Part shown: positions 47,296 through 56,347 of the stretch, piece by piece
How the letters are laid out: every line of letters starts with the position of its first letter
Numbering within the stretch: the stretch's first letter is position 1
Assembly: GCA_965217975.1 (NCBI GenBank)
Contig: OZ244578.1
Location: 597,690-661,689, forward strand
DNA from: Nitrospirales bacterium
GTDB lineage: Bacteria; Nitrospirota; Nitrospiria; Nitrospirales; UBA8639
DNA length: 64,000 nt
Reading direction: 5' to 3'
Position numbers and translations under genes: made by a program
Notes under the pieces: model-generated
Told to the model about the DNA's origin: nothing
The model's input: the letters and a program-made list of their open reading frames with translations, nothing else
Database searches by the model: none

Positions 47296-48393
47296 ATGCC
47301 AAAAGAAACCCTTGACGTCATCGTATCCGAACTCACGCACGAGGAGGACTGGCGCCGCATGCGAGCCACGGCCACCTGTCTCAAGGGCGGGCCGAACGTG
47401 GTGGACCTGGTCATCAGCGCGATGGAGACCGGATCGCCGGCCTATCAGGCGGAGGCGGCCCTCATGCTGGCGCGCATTCGGGATCCGCGTGCGGGGGTGC
47501 CGCTGGTGACGTTGCTGCGCAGCGAAGGGGACGGCGTCCGCGAGGCGGTGGCGACGGCCCTGGAACAGATGGCCGGCGTGGTCAATGAAGAGGCGGCCGC
47601 GGCCCTGGTTGCGCTGTTGAAGGATGAAGCGCTTCGGCCGTCCGTCACCACCCTGCTGGGTGTGATTCCGACGTCCATCGGCCCCCTGACCGTGATGCTC
47701 AAAGACTCGGACGAGGAGGCGCGCGTACGGGCCGCCGACATTCTCGACCGTCTGCTGGACCCGCGCGCCGCCGATGCGTTGGTGGATGCCATGGGAGATG
47801 CGGCTGTGCGGGACATGGCGATTCAAACCCTCCAAAAACTCGGCGCCATTCGGGATCGTATTGATGAGATTATGGATGAATTGCGGAACGTGGAAGAGTC
47901 CGAACTCCGCGAAGGCGCGCGACAGGAAGCCGTGCAAAAACTGCATCCCATCGGCCGGCCCGTTGTCGAGATTCTCATTGAATACCTTGAAGACGATGAT
48001 TGGGTGGTGCGGGAAGCCGCCGCGGACGTCCTGGGGAAAATCGGCGACGTGCGGGCGGTGGAGCCGTTGATTGAGCGTCTGAAGCAGGACAAGGATACGG
48101 GGGTCAAAGAACTGGCGACCAAGGGGTTGGGCCTCATTGGCGACGCCAGGCCCGTGGACCTGCTGGTTGGCATGATTCCCATCAAACCGTTGCGGGTCCT
48201 GGCGGTGGAAGCCCTGGAAAAAATCAAAGACATTGAAGCGTTGCGACCCCATGCGGAGATGTTCAAGAAAATGAAAAACGACCGTGACGGGTTGATCTCG
48301 TATAACTCCGGGATCATCATTGACAAACTGGAGGCGTCCGCGGCGCAGTTGGACGAAACGCAATGGGCGGAGAAGGAGCAGGTGCATGGCTGA
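47296..48393 (+). CDS. HEAT / PBS-lyase-like repeat protein (paralogue 3)
   Basis: The same repeat grammar, e.g. LEDDDWVVREAAADVLGKIGDVRAVEPLIERLK. Starts 6 nt after the previous stop. Confidence 0.85.
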   Translation: MPKETLDVIVSELTHEEDWRRMRATATCLKGGPNVVDLVISAMETGSPAYQAEAALMLARIRDPRAGVPLVTLLRSEGDGVREAVATALEQMAGVVNEEAAAALVALLKDEALRPSVTTLLGVIPTSIGPLTVMLKDSDEEARVRAADILDRLLDPRAADALVDAMGDAAVRDMAIQTLQKLGAIRDRIDEIMDELRNVEESELREGARQEAVQKLHPIGRPVVEILIEYLEDDDWVVREAAADVLGKIGDVRAVEPLIERLKQDKDTGVKELATKGLGLIGDARPVDLLVGMIPIKPLRVLAVEALEKIKDIEALRPHAEMFKKMKNDRDGLISYNSGIIIDKLEASAAQLDETQWAEKEQVHG

Positions 48394-49141
48394 CAGTCAT
48401 CGTTTGGAACAATTGCTGTCCGCCCTTCGTGACGACAACGAAGGGTTGCGCAATCATGCGGCGGACGGCCTGGGGCACATGGGTGATTCGGCGATTCCCG
48501 GTTTGATCGGGATGTTTGGGGATGATGACCTGGTGATTCGGGAAGCCGCGGTCACCGCCATGGTGCAAATCGGGGAATCCGCGATTGATCCCCTGATTGA
48601 GGCGTTGGACGACGACGAATGGGCCGTGCGCGAACAGTCGGTGTCCGCGCTGGGGAAACTGAAACAGGCCCGGGCGGTGCCGCATCTGATTCGCGCGTTG
48701 AAGGATAAAGACGGCGGCGTCCGCACCGCCGCGGTCTGGGCGATGGAGAGGATTGCGCATCCCGACGCCGTGCCCGCTCTCGTGGACTGTTTGTTGGACG
48801 CGATGTTGCGCGAAGACGCGGCGCGTGTGTTGAAAAAAATCGGGGACAGCCGGGCCACCGATGCTCTGATTGAAGGGCTGAAAGGGACCAACTGGATTGT
48901 CCGCCGTCATGCGGCCGAAGCGCTGGGAAAAATCGGTGACACCAAAGGGTTCTCCCCGTTGGTGGAGGCGTTGGCCGACGAGGACTGGCTGGTTCGCCGC
49001 AACGCCGCCGAAGCCCTGGCCCGGTTGGGCGATCACCGCGCCATTCAACCGATGGTCGCGTTATTGGAAGATGAAAACGAAATGGTGCGCGACACCGCCG
49101 AAGGCGTGCTGTCGAGTCTGGGATGGAAATCCGACTCGTGA
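48386..49141 (+). CDS. HEAT / PBS-lyase-like repeat protein (paralogue 4)
   Basis: ATG 48386 overlaps the previous stop (ATGGCTGA). LDDDEWAVREQSVSALGKLKQARAVPHLIRALKD. Confidence 0.85.
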   Translation: MADSHRLEQLLSALRDDNEGLRNHAADGLGHMGDSAIPGLIGMFGDDDLVIREAAVTAMVQIGESAIDPLIEALDDDEWAVREQSVSALGKLKQARAVPHLIRALKDKDGGVRTAAVWAMERIAHPDAVPALVDCLLDAMLREDAARVLKKIGDSRATDALIEGLKGTNWIVRRHAAEALGKIGDTKGFSPLVEALADEDWLVRRNAAEALARLGDHRAIQPMVALLEDENEMVRDTAEGVLSSLGWKSDS

Positions 49142-49218
49142 TGGTTCCGTGGTCGGCGAAACGCAGGGCATGGACGTCTTCAGCGCCCCTGTCCGAATAA
49201 GAAGAAGGAGAAGTTGCA

Positions 49219-49932
49219 ATGGCAGATCCAGTTCCAACTCCAACCCCATCCCCAACCCCAACTCCAACCCCGGCTCCAGCCCCTCTGGTGACCATCTCGC
49301 CCAAGCGTACCAAAAAAGACGGCTTTAATCTTGTGACCGAAAACGTTATCGCCATCAACCTGGAGGCCAAACAACTGGAAGTCGAACTTCTGGCCTATGA
49401 CGGCAAAACCGTGTTACTGGACGTGGCCGAAGAGGCGCTTGACGATTTGCAGAAGCTGAAACCGGGTGATGGCGCCACCGTTCGCATTGTCGAAGAAGAC
49501 GGCAAGCGGGTGGTCAAGCAGTTTCGCATCCGGGCGAAAGATCCGAACGTCGTCAAAGTTGACGCCGCGTTGATGGATTTAAAGGATTCGCACTGGCTCA
49601 ATCGCAAATATGCCGTGGAGGTGCTGGGAGAACTCCGGTCCGCCGAAGCGGTGGACGACCTCGTGGTCTGTCTGGAAGATGACGTGGGTGACGTCCGGCA
49701 TCGCGCGTATGAGGCGTTGATTAAAATCGGCGCGCCCTCCGTCACCAAGGTCATTCCGCTGCTGGTGTCGGAAGAAGATGAATTGCGTCAGTCCGCGACC
49801 GAGATTCTCAGGAAAATCGGCAAGCCGGCCGTGGAGGCTCTGGCCGTGGCGTTGGCCGAAGCCGATGGTCCCATGAAAAAGCGGATTACCAAAGTGCTGG
49901 ATCGCATGGGGTATAAACCCAAAGACGCCTGA
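49219..49932 (+). CDS. HEAT repeat protein with an N-terminal Pro/Thr linker and a small beta-rich domain (paralogue 5)
   Basis: GAAGGAG SD. N terminus MADPVPTPTPSPTPTPTPAPAP. C-terminal HEAT units, e.g. LKDSHWLNRKYAVEVLGELRSAEAVDDLVVCLED. Confidence 0.8.
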   Translation: MADPVPTPTPSPTPTPTPAPAPLVTISPKRTKKDGFNLVTENVIAINLEAKQLEVELLAYDGKTVLLDVAEEALDDLQKLKPGDGATVRIVEEDGKRVVKQFRIRAKDPNVVKVDAALMDLKDSHWLNRKYAVEVLGELRSAEAVDDLVVCLEDDVGDVRHRAYEALIKIGAPSVTKVIPLLVSEEDELRQSATEILRKIGKPAVEALAVALAEADGPMKKRITKVLDRMGYKPKDA

Positions 49933-49978
49933 CCCCTGCTCCCGCCACACCGGCCTGACAGCGCGCGGCCGTCGTGGG

Positions 49979-51310
49979 TTACAGAGTCTGAAAGGGGGGC
50001 ACGCCGACGGAAGGGCGGCCGACAGACACATAGTACAAGCCGTATGCGGCGACCTGCTCGGGGTCGTACACGTTGCGGAGATCAATCAACACCGGCGCGC
50101 GAAGCAGCGATTTCATGCGTGCCAGATCCAGATTGCGGAATGGATTCCATTCGGTGGCCAGGACCACGGCATCCGCCCCGCGCATCGCGTCATACGCATC
50201 GTCGCATCCGACCAATTCGGGTAACATCTTGAGCGATCCTTCCAGACCTTCCGGGTCATAGGCTCTGACGGTGCCGCCTTCCTTCAGCAGATGTTCCGCA
50301 ATCATCAAGGCGGGAGAATCCCGCAGGTCGTCGGTGTTGGGTTTAAAGGACAACCCCAGCAGGGCGATGGTTTTCCCCCGCACGCCGTGCAGGGTGTCAC
50401 GAATTTTCTCCACCATCCTGGCCCGCTGTTGTTCATTGACCCGTTGCGTCGTCGCCGTCAACTGCATGGCATAGCCGGCGGCTTCTCCGATATGCGCCAG
50501 CGCCGTCGTGTCTTTCCCCAGACAGGATCCGCCATATCCCGGGCCGGCGTGCAGGAACTTCGCCCCAATCCGCTTATCAAGCCCCATGGCTTTGGCCACG
50601 GTTTGCACGTCGGCGTTTACGCGTTCACAGAGATTGGCGACTTCGTTGATAAAGGAAATCTTGGTGGCCAGGAACGCATTCGATGCGTATTTGATCATTT
50701 CCGCCGTTTGGACACTGGTCACGATGAAGGGCGTTTCAATGAGATACAACGGCCGATACAACTGCTTGAGGATGGCTGTGGCCCGCTCACTGTCCGTGCC
50801 GATGACCACGCGATCCGGACGCATGAAGTCTTCTATCGCCGATCCCTCGCGCAAAAACTCGGGGTTGGACGCCACGTCAACGTTGACGGGCTTTGTCTGT
50901 TGGGCTGTGATGATGTCCCGTACGCGCATGGCGGTCCCCACGGGCACGGTTGACTTGGTGGCCACGACTTTGTACCCGGTCATGCGGCGGCCAATGTTCC
51001 GAGCCGCATCATCAACGCAGGACAGATCCGGCGACCCATCGGGGCGCGCGGGGGTGCCCACCGCGATAAAAATCACCAACGCCTCGTCCACGGCATGGTT
51101 GAAGTCGTTGGTAAACGTGAGCCGCCCGGCTTTGTGGACTTTGGCCACCAGTTCGGTCAAGCCGGGTTCATAAAACGGCACGTCGCCACATTGCAATTGT
51201 TCCACGCGGGCGGCGTCCACGTCCATGCACGTCACCGTCAGCCCAAATTCCGCAAAACACGCGCCGGTGACGAGTCCCACGTAGCCCGTGCCGAGAACAC
51301 TGATCTGCAT
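49979..51310 (-). CDS. ugd: UDP-glucose 6-dehydrogenase
   Basis: MQISVLGTGYVGLVTGACFAEFG and the catalytic region GGSCLGKD. Start set at ATG 51310. Confidence 0.95.
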   Translation of the reverse strand: MQISVLGTGYVGLVTGACFAEFGLTVTCMDVDAARVEQLQCGDVPFYEPGLTELVAKVHKAGRLTFTNDFNHAVDEALVIFIAVGTPARPDGSPDLSCVDDAARNIGRRMTGYKVVATKSTVPVGTAMRVRDIITAQQTKPVNVDVASNPEFLREGSAIEDFMRPDRVVIGTDSERATAILKQLYRPLYLIETPFIVTSVQTAEMIKYASNAFLATKISFINEVANLCERVNADVQTVAKAMGLDKRIGAKFLHAGPGYGGSCLGKDTTALAHIGEAAGYAMQLTATTQRVNEQQRARMVEKIRDTLHGVRGKTIALLGLSFKPNTDDLRDSPALMIAEHLLKEGGTVRAYDPEGLEGSLKMLPELVGCDDAYDAMRGADAVVLATEWNPFRNLDLARMKSLLRAPVLIDLRNVYDPEQVAAYGLYYVSVGRPSVGVPPFQTL

Positions 51311-51556
51311 CGCCGCCTCTTGTTTGGATGAGCAACGGTCAACGGTGTCCGGTCTCGTTGTTGAGGCCGAATGGATGCGCCCGGATTCCCGATCCTGCCA
51401 TCCTGCGCCGGTATCAACGCGGTCACAACGTATCACAACTCATGGAAAAATAAACCGCTTGACTCGCAAAGGCATTGCCGGGTTCACGCATCAAGGGTTT
51501 TCTTGACGAGGAGAGTCCGGGCAAACTAGAATTAGAGACTCATCCCATTGCGGAGA

Positions 51557-51631
51557 GCGGGAATAGCTCAGTGGTAGAGCATCGCCTTGCCAAGGCGAGG
51601 GTCGGGGGTTCAAATCCCCTTTCCCGCTCCA
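51557..51631 (+). tRNA. tRNA-Gly(GCC), CCA encoded
   Basis: GCGGGAATAGCTCAGTGGTAGAGCATCGCCTTGCCAAGGCGAGGGTCGGGGGTTCAAATCCCCTTTCCCGCTCCA folds as a cloverleaf and is nearly colinear with E. coli tRNA-Gly(GCC). Confidence 0.95.
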
Positions 51632-51757
51632 AATCCCCCGATAGAATATCGCCATGGAGTTGAACGCCCGACCGGGAATGCCGAAAGGGTGTGCCCTTTT
51701 TCGGGAGTCGGCTTGGGCGGCGGTGTGCGATGGACGCCCGTGATCAACCGGAAATCC

Positions 51758-52228
51758 TCAAGCGGGCGTTGGATGTTTCCTCGTCTGAACGTGAAAGATC
51801 ACATCAAGAGGTATTTTCGTCAGCAAGTGTTTCCGGTGACGAATTTCAAACCACCAGGTCCCTTCCCCGTTGATTTCTATGATCATTTTGACAATGATCG
51901 TGACGCCTTTATATTCCGGTCCCTCAAAATGCACCGGGCTGCTTTGGGATGGCAGCCTTTCCCCGCCCGGCTTGATGGGAACAATTTCCAATTCATGCGA
52001 CCCCCGTTCCCCTCCGCACTTTAAACTGACGAACAAAATAAGCGGCTGCTGAACTTTGGGAAGCGTCTTCATCTCGCCTTGGGTGGTCACGGCAATTTTG
52101 ATGCGATCAATAATCCTGATCAGGGAATGCACGTTGTCGGTTTCCGTTAAAACCTTTTCCGCAAAACACGCCGTCGAAACATACGGGCCAATGCTTAAGG
52201 AGGGGACAATCCCCGTTTCCTGTGTCAT
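51758..52228 (-). CDS. Hypothetical protein (possibly DUF6941-like)
   Basis: Clean 156-aa ORF with lower GC than its surroundings. A beta-rich pattern with GSHELEIVPIKPGGE and a C-terminal GEGTWWFEIRHRKHLLTKIPLDV resembles my memory of DUF6941 proteins. Not verifiable here. Confidence 0.55.
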   Translation of the reverse strand: MTQETGIVPSLSIGPYVSTACFAEKVLTETDNVHSLIRIIDRIKIAVTTQGEMKTLPKVQQPLILFVSLKCGGERGSHELEIVPIKPGGERLPSQSSPVHFEGPEYKGVTIIVKMIIEINGEGTWWFEIRHRKHLLTKIPLDVIFHVQTRKHPTPA

Positions 52229-52376
52229 GTGATGTGTCCTTTCGTCGGGCTATGAAGGGCTTGAAAAAACTGTGGTCTTGCCAGTGCGAGGGCCATGCTC
52301 ACCTCCTCGTGTCGTCGTTATTGATACCTTGGGATTCCAGGCATCTTCAAGTCTCTTCCGGTGAATGCTTCTGTGT

Positions 52377-53696
52377 TCACTCCGGCACAAGCACGATCTG
52401 CCACGGCGGGGCTTCTTCGCTCATCTGCGAAAATTGTCGCGCGGTTGACCCGGCGGGTACGCCGGGAAACACGGCGCCTCGTCGGATTTCCACGAAACGG
52501 AAGCGGCGGGTCGCGGGCGTCACGTTCCGAGGCCGTGCGGCGGAACGTGTTCGTCGGAGAGCGGTCACATCAGACAGGCGACAGCGTTCCCCGGTTTGCA
52601 GCGACGTCAGCACGTGATGAACCTCCCCAAAGACGTCAGGAAGAACATCCGGAGTGAACACGACGTCCGCCGGTCGCATCGCGGGATCGTCCACCAGTTG
52701 AGCGAGGATTTCCCAAAACACTTCGTCGTCAATGGCGGTGAGTACACAGAGTGCCCCGTGGCGAGCCACAAAGTCCAACAGCGCGACCGGGCCGTGAACC
52801 GAGAATTTCCACGGAGGAAACGTCAGGCTCTTGCCACGATGCATGACGTTCAGGGCCTTCTCCCCGTTCATGCGAACCGTCCGGGAGTCGCCTTTTGTCC
52901 TGGCGAGATGGGCCTGGATAACCGATGGAGATAACCGGGAAGGCTCATAGGCAAAGGTCGGCGTGGCCGGGGCATGACACGTCACAATGGTGTAACGGGA
53001 AAGCAGGGCGCGCGGCTTTGCCGGATCCATCATGTCAACGCCGCCCCAAAACCGAAATTGAAGATGGTTCGGAGCGGTGCGTTCAAGTCGGCGAAGGCGC
53101 TCCGGGTTGGCGTGGTACCCGCCGCCCAGTTGAGATCCTGGTTGCAGGCGATCCAACGCATGAAGCGTCAAGACCCGCTCGCGTTGTTGCAATGAAGGAC
53201 GGTAGTGGTTGAGCAGTTCTTCTTCAAAGGATAAATCTCCCGCACCCAGATCAAGCAACGAAGGCTTCTCCACCTGAAGCAGAAGCTCGTAGGGTGACAC
53301 GCTCTGTTGCACGACGGCTTCAACGGCATGAGGAGCGAGCACGGCTGCAGAAGGCGCGCTGTCCCGGACGAGGGCAAAGTACAGACACAGGGAGCGAATC
53401 GCTTTCGTGTGAGGGAGTCCCGTGAAGGCTTTCAGCGTGTTCTCCCCTGCCGTGCCGCTCGCCGGAGCACGGGGTGTGGCAAGGCCGGCCACCAACCGTT
53501 CCCGCCACGTGTCCGGCAAGGCGCTGCGCTGGATGCGTTCCGTGAGTTGCCCCACGGTGTCGGCCAGTTGAGAAGGGTGCACGAGCTTCCTGGTTTGCTC
53601 CCATGCGTCCGGGTCGGTCTGTTTGCACGTCTGAAGGTGCGCGCGAAATTGAGCAGGGGTCTGTGGAATGTCCGGAGAGTCGGCGGAGAGGGGCAT
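52377..53696 (-). CDS. Hypothetical protein with a possible Rossmann/methyltransferase-like motif
   Basis: Start set at MPLSADS (ATG 53696). Contains LLDLGAGDLSFEE. No confident family assignment. Confidence 0.55.
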   Translation of the reverse strand: MPLSADSPDIPQTPAQFRAHLQTCKQTDPDAWEQTRKLVHPSQLADTVGQLTERIQRSALPDTWRERLVAGLATPRAPASGTAGENTLKAFTGLPHTKAIRSLCLYFALVRDSAPSAAVLAPHAVEAVVQQSVSPYELLLQVEKPSLLDLGAGDLSFEEELLNHYRPSLQQRERVLTLHALDRLQPGSQLGGGYHANPERLRRLERTAPNHLQFRFWGGVDMMDPAKPRALLSRYTIVTCHAPATPTFAYEPSRLSPSVIQAHLARTKGDSRTVRMNGEKALNVMHRGKSLTFPPWKFSVHGPVALLDFVARHGALCVLTAIDDEVFWEILAQLVDDPAMRPADVVFTPDVLPDVFGEVHHVLTSLQTGERCRLSDVTALRRTRSAARPRNVTPATRRFRFVEIRRGAVFPGVPAGSTARQFSQMSEEAPPWQIVLVPE

Positions 53697-53876
53697 GGAC
53701 GGTGTACTCAACTGACGAGAAGCGTAGTCCCGGATGTGCGCATGTGTCAAGATTTGGGTTGCGCGAATCACGGCGACGGGTTGCGGTCGGGCAGACGAGG
53801 TGCCCGCTTTACGCGGGAATGACGTGGGCGCCTGTGTTGGCGACAGGTTGCGGTTGGAAAGACCCTGTGCTACACC

Positions 53877-54884
53877 ATGCGCATGCTGCGGTGCGTTGAT
53901 GGCTTTTCCGGAAAAACGTTGACGTGCCTGGGATGTGCCGGCTGGCTGATGGTTGCGGCCACGGCCTGTGCCACGATCCAACCCGCCGGCCCGTATCACG
54001 TCGGCCAAATCATCGCGCTGAACCCGCCGGCCACCGTCTCCTACGCGGCATTCGCCTCACGTCTCCAATCGGTTGACGTCATCTATATCGGTGAAGCGCA
54101 TTACACGCCTTCTCACGTGGCCGCCGCCCTTCGGGTGTTGCAAACCCTTCTCGATGAAGGCCGACAACCCATCGTCGGGATGGAAATGTTCAGTTGGGAC
54201 GGTCAGGACGGGATTGATCGTTACCTTCATGGAACGGTGACCTCAACGGAGGATTTTGTGGTGGAATCGCGATGGCGGGACAATTGGGGAGGCGACTATC
54301 AGGATTATTCGCCACTGGTTGATTTTGCCAAAACGCATGGCTTGAAACTACTGGCTCTCAATCCGCCCCGCTCGCTTGTCAGGACCGTGGCCCAAAAAGG
54401 ATTCATGGATATGGCTCGTGATCCAAAGGCGCAGCGATGGCATGTTCCCCCGTTTCCGCCGGACGATCCGGAATATCGTCGGGTCATTTACGAACAAATC
54501 GAACAATGTCATGAAGGATTGCCACGGGATGTCTATCAGAAAATCTATGAAGCCTCTGTCTTTCGGGATGAGGGCATGGCGTCTGTTGTGACGACCATGG
54601 TCGGGGCCGATGTGCGCGCGCCTGGGCCGTTCGTCAGTTATACCGGCGCCGGGCATATCCAATACGGGCTTCCCGTTCCCAAACGGGTTCAGCGGCAATC
54701 AGGCGGTTCCGTCACACATGCGACGGTGTATCTCCACGCGCTGGACCCCGACCACGCGGAAGACGTGGAGCGTTTGCTCAAGGAACACATTGCGGATTAC
54801 GTATGGCTGACGGCGTTGGGCCCCCAGGGAAGACAGCCGAGGTGCGGGGAGTCGTCTCACGAGATTCGGAAGACTTTTTCATGA
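53877..54884 (+). CDS. ChaN-like (haem-binding uptake, Tiki superfamily) lipoprotein
   Basis: Signal with Cys (LMVAATAC). VIYIGEAHYTPSHVAAALRVLQTLL....IVGMEMFSWDGQDGIDRYL, typical of ChaN/DUF399-type proteins. Confidence 0.7.
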   Translation: MRMLRCVDGFSGKTLTCLGCAGWLMVAATACATIQPAGPYHVGQIIALNPPATVSYAAFASRLQSVDVIYIGEAHYTPSHVAAALRVLQTLLDEGRQPIVGMEMFSWDGQDGIDRYLHGTVTSTEDFVVESRWRDNWGGDYQDYSPLVDFAKTHGLKLLALNPPRSLVRTVAQKGFMDMARDPKAQRWHVPPFPPDDPEYRRVIYEQIEQCHEGLPRDVYQKIYEASVFRDEGMASVVTTMVGADVRAPGPFVSYTGAGHIQYGLPVPKRVQRQSGGSVTHATVYLHALDPDHAEDVERLLKEHIADYVWLTALGPQGRQPRCGESSHEIRKTFS

Positions 54885-54896
54885 AGGAGGAACGGC

Positions 54897-55142
54897 ATGG
54901 GTGACCCAATCAAAATTGCGCAACGGATGCCCTATGTGTTGGAGATGAAACCCGGCACGTATCACTGGTGTCGGTGTGGCCGGTCTCAAACGCAACCGTT
55001 TTGCGATGGTTCACACACGGGCACGGAACATTCCCCCGTGGAGGTCACGCTCACTGAAACAAAACGCGTGGCGTGGTGCGGGTGTAAGCATACGAAAAAA
55101 CAGCCGTTTTGCGATGGAACCCATGCCCACCTTGACGAGTAG
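54897..55142 (+). CDS. CDGSH iron-sulfur domain protein (two CDGSH motifs)
   Basis: CRCGRSQTQPFCDGSH and CGCKHTKKQPFCDGTH. Confidence 0.9.
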   Translation: MGDPIKIAQRMPYVLEMKPGTYHWCRCGRSQTQPFCDGSHTGTEHSPVEVTLTETKRVAWCGCKHTKKQPFCDGTHAHLDE

Positions 55143-55259
55143 CCGGCGGGGACGATCATGCTCTTGCCCCCATGGGAAGAGTTTTATACAATATCTCGCT
55201 CATCCATTTGACATGCCCTCACGCAGGGCGGTGTGCGGCTTGAGAAGGAGGATCCAATC

Positions 55260-55427
55260 ATGAAAAAGACCATGATTTTTGGTGCGGCGTTACTGGTGTT
55301 GGGAATGTCCACGGCCTATGCCAACGCCCCGGGTGGCGGGTACGAAGGGATCAGCTCCATGTACTACGGGGCGATTGCCCTGGTGCTTGCGTATGGCGTG
55401 TGGGATATTTTCTTTAAAAAAGACTGA
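55260..55427 (+). CDS. Small (55 aa) exported/membrane protein
   Basis: GAAGGAGG SD 7 nt upstream of ATG 55260. Signal-like MKKTMIFGAALLVLGMSTAYA and a second TM segment YYGAIALVLAYGVWDIFF. Confidence 0.5.
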   Translation: MKKTMIFGAALLVLGMSTAYANAPGGGYEGISSMYYGAIALVLAYGVWDIFFKKD

Positions 55428-55516
55428 CACGCGCTTGCCCCGCTTCCGAACGTGTGCCCTCTGTTTCAGACCTGCGGGGTGTGTCAAGACGGCTCCCTTC
55501 CTGAATGTGTGTGACC

Positions 55517-56287
55517 TCACGACGAGTCGGGTCTCTCCTTTTGGAGCAACGGTGTGATCACGTCAAAGACCGTCCCGGCGACAATGCGATACCCCTCTCC
55601 GGTGGGATGGATGCCGTCGGCCTGATTCAGGGACTTCCGCGTCGCCACGCCTTCAAGAAAAAATGGAATCAGCGTGACGGCATGTTCCTTGGCCAACCGT
55701 TCAAACAGGAACGCAAAGCCCGTGGTGTAGTCCACCCCGTAATTTGGAGGAATCTGCATCCCCGCCAGGACCACCACGGCTCCTCCCTTGTGTAACCCTT
55801 CGATGATGGTGTTCAGATTTGACTCAATGCCGGACAACGGTTGTCCTCGCAGGCCGTCATTGGCGCCCAATTCAAGGATCACGATTGACGGCCGGCTTTT
55901 GAGAATCCACGGGAGGCGCCGCACGCCCCCCGCCGTGGTCTCGCCGCTCACGCCCGCATTGACGACGTCATAGTGATATCCTGCCGCGCGCAGTTGATTC
56001 TGCAGGTGCGCGGGATACGCGTGGTCGGGAGAGACGCCGAGGCCGGCCGTGAGGCTGTTCCCGAACGCGACGATGCGCGGGGCGTCAGATGAGATGCGGT
56101 GCGCGGGCGTCGTGTTCTCGAATGGCCGCGCGGGTTCCTTGCCGGCGTCGCAGCCTTCCAGCCCTGGGAGCAAGAGACCGCAGACCGCGACCAGGGAGAG
56201 CGTCCGGAGCCAACGCCACACCTGGCGCACGGGTCGCCGTGTCGCGAACCCATGCCGTGCATCGGGTGTACAGGGAAACGGATCCAT
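55517..56287 (-). CDS. SGNH/GDSL arylesterase-thioesterase (TesA-like) lipoprotein
   Basis: Block I IVAFGNSLTAG, block III LGANDGLRG, block V DGIHPT. Signal with LEGC lipobox. Confidence 0.85.
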   Translation of the reverse strand: MDPFPCTPDARHGFATRRPVRQVWRWLRTLSLVAVCGLLLPGLEGCDAGKEPARPFENTTPAHRISSDAPRIVAFGNSLTAGLGVSPDHAYPAHLQNQLRAAGYHYDVVNAGVSGETTAGGVRRLPWILKSRPSIVILELGANDGLRGQPLSGIESNLNTIIEGLHKGGAVVVLAGMQIPPNYGVDYTTGFAFLFERLAKEHAVTLIPFFLEGVATRKSLNQADGIHPTGEGYRIVAGTVFDVITPLLQKERPDSS

Positions 56288-56347
56288 AGCCTATACTATA
56301 GAACATCGGCCCGAAGGTTTTCCAATGGGGAAGGACGTATCCCGATC

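Noticed and set aside
47080-49370. Long minus-strand ORFs (435, 243 and 272 aa, among others) opposite the HEAT-repeat genes.
   Set aside because: The plus-strand frames show the clear periodic HEAT motif. The minus-strand frames are shadow ORFs typical of GC-rich DNA.
53697-54008. A 104-codon N-terminal extension of the track ORF 52377..54008.
   Set aside because: The extension overlaps the start of the divergent ChaN-like gene and is Arg/Gly/Gln-rich. The internal ATG 53696 (MPLSADS) is the more plausible start.
56099-56347. An 83-codon N-terminal extension of the ABC ATPase ORF.
   Set aside because: It overlaps the tesA-like gene on the other strand. The conserved ATPase begins at MIRVANLTMQ (ATG 56348).
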